Source: an uncultured archaeon (lineage in GTDB: Archaea; Thermoplasmatota; Penumbrarchaeia; JASLWR01). From it: a stretch of 33,346 nt of DNA. This document shows positions 26,062-33,346 of the stretch, in pieces; the first letter of the stretch is position 1, and each line of letters starts with the position of its first letter. A model generated the notes under the pieces. That model was given only the letters and a program-made list of their open reading frames with translations. It ran no database searches and was not told the DNA's origin. Position numbers and translations under genes: made by a program. The stretch lies in contig CAYFHS010000030.1 of the NCBI GenBank assembly GCA_964342815.1, positions 1-33,346 on the forward strand, written 5' to 3'.

Positions 26062-29000
26062 TTAAAGTCCATCGAAAATCTCCCTTACTCTTTCAGGCAA
26101 TTTTTCTTCCATATTTTTCTCGGATGAAGTAGATACTGTATTTTCATCTATTTTAGCTAAATACGGCTGCGTCACTTGATCTGCCTCAATTTGCCCAGAG
26201 GTCTCATTTGGAGGGTTCCCCGGACCGGAAACATCTAGCTCTTCGAAATCAGCAATGATCTCACCCATGATTTTCATAATATTCATTTTAGATTCACCTG
26301 CCGGTCCATTTTTTTCGGTCCCGGCGGCAGGTAGGCCATTGTCAGGAGAAACATGATCCTTGGCAATTCCTTTGTCTACATGCAATCTTGGAGAATCGAG
26401 GTCCGATGACGTGTTCCGCATGTTCTCATCCGAGGTGGATTTCAGGTCCTTATCCCCCGCTCCTATCAATTGGTCTATTATGGTACGGTTCTCAATCCTG
26501 CGGCGTTTAAAGCGGTGAACGATGACAATTCCAATGAATAACAGCACAAGGAATACAATAAGAGGATAGGTATAATAAAAAGGTTCAAGCAGAATTTCTC
26601 GTTCGAGATCATCGGTTGTACTCGACCTATAAATCTCTATGCGCTTGCTGGCCCCATCGTTTGAGCGATTATTATCCGTGATGACTGGTTTGACCAGATA
26701 GAAACCGGGGGAGTCGGGCATCCATATGACTTGACGAATATAGATATCCCCTGCCGCTACTCCAACGATATCGTGGAATAATTCCAATATTTCCGGTCCA
26801 CCAGTACCAATATTTTGAGAATCTTCTGCGTTATTATCCATAACTGCTCGAAGGACGAAGGTCACGTTTCCACCAATGTTGCCGCTGTTTTTGATGGTAA
26901 TGTTTATCATCACGAATTCGCCATAAACAACAATGGAAGGAAGGACAATATTCTCCACGTAAATATCCGAGTAATAAAGTATTTCATACTCTGAAATGTG
27001 CAAGTAGATCCATTGTTCATCCGTGTAGCCGTATTCGTCCCATACCTGGAAACTTATATTATGGGTGCCCGACGAAAGTGCGGTTGAAAAGGTGGAGTTT
27101 GCTCCTTCGTAAAGTAGGCCGTCCATGTCCGATGACCATCTCACGGTAATATTGTCATTATCGAGATCAAAGGCCCCTGAAATGAAGGATATAGGTGAAT
27201 GATTGTTGAAAACAGAGTCATCTTCTGGTGCCAGTATGACTGCTTGTGGAGGGTTATTTCGGTATATCGACAATAAATATTCATCCATTTCTGCAGCACT
27301 TATTACTTTTCCATCACTCACTTCAATTCTCAATTTGTACAGATCCTCCGGAATATCCGACAAGTTCCAGCAATATTCTCCCGTGTTCTCGGTATCCCTG
27401 ACGAGGAGCTGCCAATCACCACCCTTTGCTTGAAACCAAATCGTTATGAAAAGAATGTCTCCTCCATTGGGATCGGTAGCATTATAGCTTATCCAAATCT
27501 CTTCAGCGAAGCGGCCCTCCTGCGGATATTCGATTATAACAAGCGGAGGGAAGTTCAACTTGGGATGATGTATCGAAAAATCCTTTTCCATGGTATCGTT
27601 CACGTCCAGGGTCAGCGGTGATGAATCCGTAACAAATACCCTCAGGCGATAGGTGCTTGCGTTTTGATAAGCCGTCAGATCCAATGAGAAATTGAAAATA
27701 TTTCCAGATGTTCGGGTCTCATCTTCAGTCAGCCATGCAGTTGCGTTGGAAAACGTAACTCCACTGTCGTCACTGAGAGCCAACCTGAATTGCAGCGCTT
27801 CATCAGTGTCCTTATCGAAAGACCGCCAGCGGACCTCACAGTCACCGGAAAAGTTCTCACCCCCCTGTGGAGAGAGCAATTCAACGAAAGGTGTGTCAGG
27901 CCGGTTGATCTCAATAAAAATATGGGTTTTATCCTCGCGAGACAGACCCACACCATTGAAACCTATCACTCGTATATGGTATGAAGTATCTTCAGCGAGC
28001 GTGGAAGTATCCCAATACATCTGAAAAAAATTGGCCGTTGTCTCGTTCCGGCTCCCAATGAAGAAATATTTTGCGTTCAACTTATAATAGAAATCGACCC
28101 GGGAAATACCGGAAATACTATCTGATGCCGTCACCTTAATGGAAACGTTCCCATATAATTTATCTCCACCGGCGGGATACGCGAGGTCCACCGAAGGTGG
28201 GGAATGATCCAATAGGAATTCTCCGGTGCTGGACCAGTTGCCCCATGCGCCAATGGTATCCCTGGTGCTAATTCTCCAATACCAGATGCCGTCATCGAGT
28301 CCTGCGGGAGTCCATTGTGTAAGGGATGATTCCATGTCACCGCTGGTGAACTCAGGGGAAGTGAATTGTGGAGAATCGTCTATCTGGACGCAGAATGCAC
28401 CCTGATTCGGATCATCCCCGGGATTGAAGTTCCAGGAAAATACGGGAAGAGTCGAATTGAAGGACTGCATGTCGAGGGGGGTAAGTAACGTAGGAACTTG
28501 AGGGGGGTCCCCGGTCTCCACCCAGTACCAGAAAGACCAGTCTCCTTCATCCCGGTAATGAAATTTATCCACACCCATGTCCCCGGTATCACCGAAATTG
28601 TCCGATGGATCATGGACAACGGTAAACTGACCCAGATCGTCGTTCGAGAGCGGAGAGTCGTCATCCCATACGTGAACGTTTATGGTCAGGCTCTGGGACA
28701 ATGAAAGCTCTGAAAAAACAAATGTGTCAATGATCTTTTCGGCACCATTTGACAGCTCATAATAATCTTGCGGAGGAAAACGTGTCTCTTGACCGTTCAC
28801 ATCCACCGTAAAAAAAATTTCCACGTCATTATTTATTCCCCCGGTGTCCTCGCATTGACATCTTATTTTCCATACGAATAACCGAACACTCCTGGTTTTT
28901 GGCGAATCGTCAAAATTACGCATTGGATCATAAATGTTATTTTCAAATTGGAAGGGATCGGAATCGTATAAATCGACCGAAGCGCTTTTTTCATTAATAT

Positions 29001-29106
29001 TTGGAAAAGAATTCGGGAACAAAACAATGATGAGGGACATTAACACAATGAAATTTTTAATTATTACTCCGCACCTTCCATAGCCCGTTTTCATACTGAC
29101 ATGCAT
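26062..29106 (-). CDS. Large cell-surface protein (C2-like domain, multiple Ig/FN3-like and CARDB-like domains, TM, acidic tail)
   Basis: N-terminal hydrophobic leader; beta-rich repeats such as PP.V.L.YP, Y.IRV...D and NNPPQA.I..P; TM YPLIVFLVLLFIGIVIV followed by HRFKRRR. Confidence 0.8.
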   Translation of the reverse strand: MHVSMKTGYGRCGVIIKNFIVLMSLIIVLFPNSFPNINEKSASVDLYDSDPFQFENNIYDPMRNFDDSPKTRSVRLFVWKIRCQCEDTGGINNDVEIFFTVDVNGQETRFPPQDYYELSNGAEKIIDTFVFSELSLSQSLTINVHVWDDDSPLSNDDLGQFTVVHDPSDNFGDTGDMGVDKFHYRDEGDWSFWYWVETGDPPQVPTLLTPLDMQSFNSTLPVFSWNFNPGDDPNQGAFCVQIDDSPQFTSPEFTSGDMESSLTQWTPAGLDDGIWYWRISTRDTIGAWGNWSSTGEFLLDHSPPSVDLAYPAGGDKLYGNVSIKVTASDSISGISRVDFYYKLNAKYFFIGSRNETTANFFQMYWDTSTLAEDTSYHIRVIGFNGVGLSREDKTHIFIEINRPDTPFVELLSPQGGENFSGDCEVRWRSFDKDTDEALQFRLALSDDSGVTFSNATAWLTEDETRTSGNIFNFSLDLTAYQNASTYRLRVFVTDSSPLTLDVNDTMEKDFSIHHPKLNFPPLVIIEYPQEGRFAEEIWISYNATDPNGGDILFITIWFQAKGGDWQLLVRDTENTGEYCWNLSDIPEDLYKLRIEVSDGKVISAAEMDEYLLSIYRNNPPQAVILAPEDDSVFNNHSPISFISGAFDLDNDNITVRWSSDMDGLLYEGANSTFSTALSSGTHNISFQVWDEYGYTDEQWIYLHISEYEILYYSDIYVENIVLPSIVVYGEFVMINITIKNSGNIGGNVTFVLRAVMDNNAEDSQNIGTGGPEILELFHDIVGVAAGDIYIRQVIWMPDSPGFYLVKPVITDNNRSNDGASKRIEIYRSSTTDDLEREILLEPFYYTYPLIVFLVLLFIGIVIVHRFKRRRIENRTIIDQLIGAGDKDLKSTSDENMRNTSSDLDSPRLHVDKGIAKDHVSPDNGLPAAGTEKNGPAGESKMNIMKIMGEIIADFEELDVSGPGNPPNETSGQIEADQVTQPYLAKIDENTVSTSSEKNMEEKLPERVREIFDGL

Positions 29107-29222
29107 TTTTTTCCCGCCATTTATAGTATCGAAATGAGGAGATTCGGAATATATAATTCTTTTTGATTAAAAATTAGACGGATATAGTATAATCACTAAA
29201 TTAGAGAGCTTACGCTATCTTG

Positions 29223-29264
29223 AAAAATAAAAAATAAAAAAAAAAGGGTGAATGAATCACCCTT
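29223..29264 (-). terminator. Hairpin + U-tract terminator of the PKD protein gene
   Basis: Minus strand reads AAGGGTGA-TTCAT-TCACCCTT followed by long T runs, starting 10 bp after the stop. Confidence 0.8.
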
Positions 29265-29273
29265 ATTGCATTC

Positions 29274-32200
29274 TTAAAGCTCGTCTTCAAGACCTTCCAG
29301 AAGAGAATCGAAGTCATCTTCGTCGTCCAAGACATCCTCAGTTTCCTCGACAACCTCTTCTTCAACAGCTTCCTCGACTGCGGTATCCTCAACGGTTTCC
29401 TCAGCGACTTCTTCAACAGCTTCCTCGACTGCTTCAACTTCTTCCTCAACAGTCTCTTCAGCCACTTCTTCCACTGCTTCTCTCGCCGTTTCTTCCTCCG
29501 CAACTTCCTCTACCCCTTCTTCCACTGCAACGTCTTCGACTCCTTCCTCGGTTTCCTCCTCCGCAACTTCCTCCACAACTTCCTCGGTAACCTCTTCCTC
29601 CGCTCCTTCGACGATTTCGGATTCGCCGTCTGTCTCAACGAGATCTCCGGCAAATTCCTCACCGATCTCTTCCTCGATTTCTTCGCCTTCCAGCTCGCCA
29701 AGCTCCGCCTCAAGGTCTTCCACGTCCTCGGAAATTTCTTCCTCAACGTATTCTTCAACCTCTTCCTCGAATTCGACACCACAACCGGGGCAGGCCGCAT
29801 CGGTCTCGTTAACAAGACTGCCGCATTCCGGGCACTCGAACTGGACAACTTCAATCTCTTCCTCCACTTCCTCCTCCTCGAAGGCAACGCCGCAACCCGG
29901 GCAGACATCATCGGTCTCAGCAACCATTGATCCGCACTCCGGGCACTGGAATTCCACGACCTCTTCTTCGATTCCTTCGGAAATGATGCCCTCTTCCGGA
30001 ATCTCTCCTTCACCCTCCAATATCTCTTCTCCTTCCTCTTCCTCCTCTCCCTCGTACAGTTCTTCTTCCTCTTCGGGCTTTTTCCTCATCAGCAGGAACA
30101 CAACAACCAGGATCGCAATCACTACAACCACGGCAATAATGACATAGAGTAATATGCCGCCTTCTCCTTCAGCCGTTGTTGCGTATGTATTCTTGGTTGT
30201 GTCGTAGTTTGTCTCCAGCACGACATTTCCATCCTCGTCCTTGACAACAAGCTTATCACCAGTCTTAGGCGCAGGCATGTTTTTAAAGGTCGCCTTCCCG
30301 TCCTTATCGGTTGTTGCAGTGTATGGTGTGCCATCAACGGTTATGGTCACCTCAAGACCTTCTGCCGGGTTCCCGTCCTCGTCCTCGAAGACCTGAGGCA
30401 GCTCATAGGTTGCCAGTTTCTTTGGTTTCGCATCAACGTCGAAGGTTAGAGTATCCATATTTCCTGCTGCATCCGTTATAGTGAGAGTGACAGTATAAAT
30501 ACCGTCCTCGTCGAACTTGTGGCTGGCGGTTTTCGTCAGGTAATATGTCATATCGCCTTCAGGCGATTCGATGGTCCAGTTCCATACTGTAATCCCAACA
30601 TTGTCACTGCTTGCGGAAGCATCCAAATCCAGCGTATCTCCTGCATTTGCGTTGGCTCCGCCTGCTGCATCCTCGGAATCCACCGTTGCTTTTGCCATGG
30701 GTTTGACGTTATCCGAAACAGTTACATTGAAAGAATCCGTGGCAGTGTTACCCGCAGCATCCTCCACCGTCAAGGTAATGATGAAAACTCCCGGTGTGTC
30801 GAAAGTATAGTTCGCATCGGATCCATTGAGGCTCTGCACCCCTCCGTCGGTGAACGTCCAGGTGTATTTTACGATATCCACGTTATCGGAACTGCCCGCT
30901 CCATTGAAGAATATCTGGGCACCTATTGAACCCGTTTTATCGGCACCGGCATCAGCCTCGGGATCGGTTATGTCCGCTACAGTTATGGTCAGGTTGGCCT
31001 CATGGATATTTCCGGCCATGTCTATCACCTTCAGGAAGACCATAAAATCACCTGCATCTTCGATATTCAGGGTGATCTCCACACCATAGTATTTCTTGCC
31101 CATGAAGGTCCACGTGTAGTTATCGATGCCAACGTTGTCGGAACTATCAGAAGCATTCAGAGTGACGTTCTCACCTTGGTCGATAGTGACGTTAGCCCCC
31201 GGTACAGCCATCGGTGCTGTGATATCGGCCACTGTCACGGTGAGGTTGTCTGCGTGCCAGTTCTCCATTGCGTCGGTGATGTTAAGCCAAACGAGGTAAA
31301 CACCGGCATTGTGGAAGGTGAAGTTCACGGTGGATCCGTAAAGAACCACTTCGGCCCCGCCGTAAGTAAAGGTCCACGAGTAGTTCAATATAGCCACGTT
31401 ATCCCATGACAAGGTTGCGTTGAAAGTCACGTTCTGATGCTGCCCGATACTCTTGTCCGAACCAGCGTTGGCCACGGGGTCCGTATCGTCTGCCACTTCA
31501 TCCGGTACGGCTACAGGGTTATACGTATCGATAATGTTGCCGGCCGCATCCCTTGCATATATATGATATATAAAGGTCGTTGCGTTGGGAAGGACGTATA
31601 TGGTTCGGTTCCAGTAGTTACCGGTTGTGTGAGTAAGCTGCAGGGACTGATAGCCCATTCCATTGACGGAATAGTTCACGTATACTGCAAGAAGTCCTCG
31701 TGTATCCGTATTGTCCTGTATCCGGACAGATATAGTGTAATCCGCACCAGCAACCGGCGAACCCGCGGTGACATCACCCACGAATTCGGGTGGTATCGTA
31801 TCCACCACAGGTGTCGCAGCAGATTTAGTTGTGTCCTTCACATTACCAGCCGCATCCGATATTGAGAAGTTGTATCGGATACTTATGGCATCTGTTGCAA
31901 CTGTGATGGTTTTACTCCAGTTACCGTCACCATCATCGATCATAGACACAAGGGTATATGTGGCTCCACCGTCATAAGTATAGTTTAGGTACACCGAATC
32001 CACACCGATATTATCGGTCGCCTCACAGATTATTGTAAAGCTCTCCCCGGTCTTGGGTATGTCGGTGGTCAAATCATTTCCCACGGTGGGTACATCATCA
32101 TCGGTGATAGGGAGCCATATGCTCTGAGCGCTCTCATTTTGATTATCGGATGTATCATTGACCATGAAGTAATACTGAATCGTGGTCTGATTACCTAATA

Positions 32201-33346
32201 TCAGGATCGAGATACTCCATGTAGCACCATTACGGTTTGACACAAGCTCTTCCATCCATGCGCTACCACCATAGCGGTAATAGAAAAACACGGAGGTCAG
32301 GTTTATATTAATATTGTCGGTTATATCGATTTCGAATAAAGTGTTGTCCCCTGTGTTCAACGTTCCATTTTTCAGGTTCTCGAGCATTGGTTTGTCGTTG
32401 TCAGCCACACTCAGGTTATCCATGGCAGACTTGTCCATGTTCGCCACCGTATCGTTGAACCAGAAGAAGTACTCGATCCACATTGCGTAACTTGGGATCA
32501 TAATCTCTATTGTCCAATTATCACCTGTATTGTTGGTTACGGGCCAGTAGTAATTGGTCATGTTGTTTATGGTGAAATTGAACATCACCGAACCCACGGC
32601 CACGTTATCCGTAAGGTTGATGGAGAAGAAAGCCTTATCGCCCGTGGTCAAAGTATTGTTCCAGGCGGTTCCGGAAACAGGTGCGTCGATATCATTCACA
32701 AGCACCCACATTGTATCAGTTTTCCAATTTCCGGCTGCATCCGTGACATTCAATGTCACTGTGAAATTCCCTACATTCTGGAATGTATAATTAGGCATCA
32801 GACCATACAATGTCTTCGCTCCACCATCCGAGAAGGTCCACGTATAGTTGTTAACTCCGACATTATCCAAACTACCGCTGCCGTTGAATTCCACCAAATC
32901 TCTTTGATCCACCGTTTGGTCCAGGCCGGCGTCTGCAGTTGGGTCCGTGGTATCGTTCACAGTGATCTCTACCGTATCAGTGTGAGTGTTGCCCGCGGCA
33001 TCCATCGCCGTAAGGGTAACCACGAATACGCCAGCATTGTTGAAGGTGTAATTCGGGGTAGCTCCGTAAACCATCTGAGCGCCGCCGTCCGTGAAGTTCC
33101 AGGTGTAGTTGTCAACGGCCATGTTGTCCGTACTACCGCTGCCGTCGAAGGTCACAAGGTCACCCTGATCAACCGTTTGGTCGGGACCAGCATTAGCCAC
33201 CGGGTTAGTGGTATCGTTCACAGTGATCTCTACTGTATCAGTGTGTGTATTGCCTGCTGCGTCTTTTACAGTCAATGTAACGACAAACACTCCAGCATTG
33301 TTGAAGGTGTAATTCGGGGTAGCTCCGTAAACCATCTGAGCGCCGC
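29274..33346 (-). CDS. 5'-truncated PKD-repeat surface protein with TM, two cytoplasmic double-CxxC zinc ribbons and a very acidic tail
   Basis: Repeated P.A.AG.D..V.......FDGS.S.DN......YTW.F (PKD); TM GGILLYVII...RKK; CPECG..V...D..CPGCG twice. The frame is open to the window edge. Confidence 0.92.
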   Translation of the reverse strand, partial: GAQMVYGATPNYTFNNAGVFVVTLTVKDAAGNTHTDTVEITVNDTTNPVANAGPDQTVDQGDLVTFDGSGSTDNMAVDNYTWNFTDGGAQMVYGATPNYTFNNAGVFVVTLTAMDAAGNTHTDTVEITVNDTTDPTADAGLDQTVDQRDLVEFNGSGSLDNVGVNNYTWTFSDGGAKTLYGLMPNYTFQNVGNFTVTLNVTDAAGNWKTDTMWVLVNDIDAPVSGTAWNNTLTTGDKAFFSINLTDNVAVGSVMFNFTINNMTNYYWPVTNNTGDNWTIEIMIPSYAMWIEYFFWFNDTVANMDKSAMDNLSVADNDKPMLENLKNGTLNTGDNTLFEIDITDNININLTSVFFYYRYGGSAWMEELVSNRNGATWSISILILGNQTTIQYYFMVNDTSDNQNESAQSIWLPITDDDVPTVGNDLTTDIPKTGESFTIICEATDNIGVDSVYLNYTYDGGATYTLVSMIDDGDGNWSKTITVATDAISIRYNFSISDAAGNVKDTTKSAATPVVDTIPPEFVGDVTAGSPVAGADYTISVRIQDNTDTRGLLAVYVNYSVNGMGYQSLQLTHTTGNYWNRTIYVLPNATTFIYHIYARDAAGNIIDTYNPVAVPDEVADDTDPVANAGSDKSIGQHQNVTFNATLSWDNVAILNYSWTFTYGGAEVVLYGSTVNFTFHNAGVYLVWLNITDAMENWHADNLTVTVADITAPMAVPGANVTIDQGENVTLNASDSSDNVGIDNYTWTFMGKKYYGVEITLNIEDAGDFMVFLKVIDMAGNIHEANLTITVADITDPEADAGADKTGSIGAQIFFNGAGSSDNVDIVKYTWTFTDGGVQSLNGSDANYTFDTPGVFIITLTVEDAAGNTATDSFNVTVSDNVKPMAKATVDSEDAAGGANANAGDTLDLDASASSDNVGITVWNWTIESPEGDMTYYLTKTASHKFDEDGIYTVTLTITDAAGNMDTLTFDVDAKPKKLATYELPQVFEDEDGNPAEGLEVTITVDGTPYTATTDKDGKATFKNMPAPKTGDKLVVKDEDGNVVLETNYDTTKNTYATTAEGEGGILLYVIIAVVVVIAILVVVFLLMRKKPEEEEELYEGEEEEEGEEILEGEGEIPEEGIISEGIEEEVVEFQCPECGSMVAETDDVCPGCGVAFEEEEVEEEIEVVQFECPECGSLVNETDAACPGCGVEFEEEVEEYVEEEISEDVEDLEAELGELEGEEIEEEIGEEFAGDLVETDGESEIVEGAEEEVTEEVVEEVAEEETEEGVEDVAVEEGVEEVAEEETAREAVEEVAEETVEEEVEAVEEAVEEVAEETVEDTAVEEAVEEEVVEETEDVLDDEDDFDSLLEGLEDEL
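32940..33346 (-). repeat. 261-bp-period DNA repeat encoding tandem PKD domains
   Basis: 33031-33085 is identical to 33292-33346 (offset 261 nt = 87 codons); flanking segments differ largely at third codon positions. Confidence 0.88.

Noticed and set aside
29210-30013. ORFs 29210-29503, 29252-29590 and 29510-30013 (K/R- or PQRL-rich)
   Set aside because: Shadow frames of the Glu-rich low-complexity tail of the PKD protein.
667-32790. Numerous antisense or overlapping ORFs in the supplied track (e.g. 667-1044, 3175-3453, 13701-14183, 30519-30929)
   Set aside because: They lie opposite well-supported genes and show no recognisable motifs or RBS.

Overview
A gene-dense chromosomal segment that is most likely archaeal (inferred Thermoplasmatota-like or other euryarchaeal lineage). 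The evidence is an archaeosortase A, an A/V-type ATPase subunit D, an AbrB-PhoU-PhoU regulator, an archaeal-type FtsZ C-terminal domain and GGTGA/GGAGG ribosome-binding sites. Left to right: phoU-like regulator + 2-oxoacid:ferredoxin oxidoreductase alpha and beta-gamma fusion; YkgJ-type Cys-cluster protein; LarA-family enzyme, split transketolase and transaldolase; a three-gene membrane operon; a degenerate FtsZ paralogue + membrane protein + argF; atpD + small membrane protein + archaeosortase; a 23-bp-periodic repeat array in front of an AT-rich winged-helix-like ORF; a PadR/HAAS pair with its operator; dCTP-deaminase-like gene, serC, DUF1015, SemiSWEET, stand-alone Lrp/AsnC domain; a Gly-rich microprotein; two large surface proteins (the last is a 5'-truncated PKD-repeat protein). 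Both window ends fall in repeats, so they may be contig ends. I found no rRNA, tRNA, CRISPR array or transposase. The best candidates for something undescribed are (1) the seven-copy 23-bp-spaced GACAAATGTY array with an inverted copy on the promoter of the adjacent wHTH-like ORF and (2) an FtsZ paralogue that has lost its GTP-binding loops but kept the T7 catalytic loop. All family calls come from motif recognition by eye; no database search was run.
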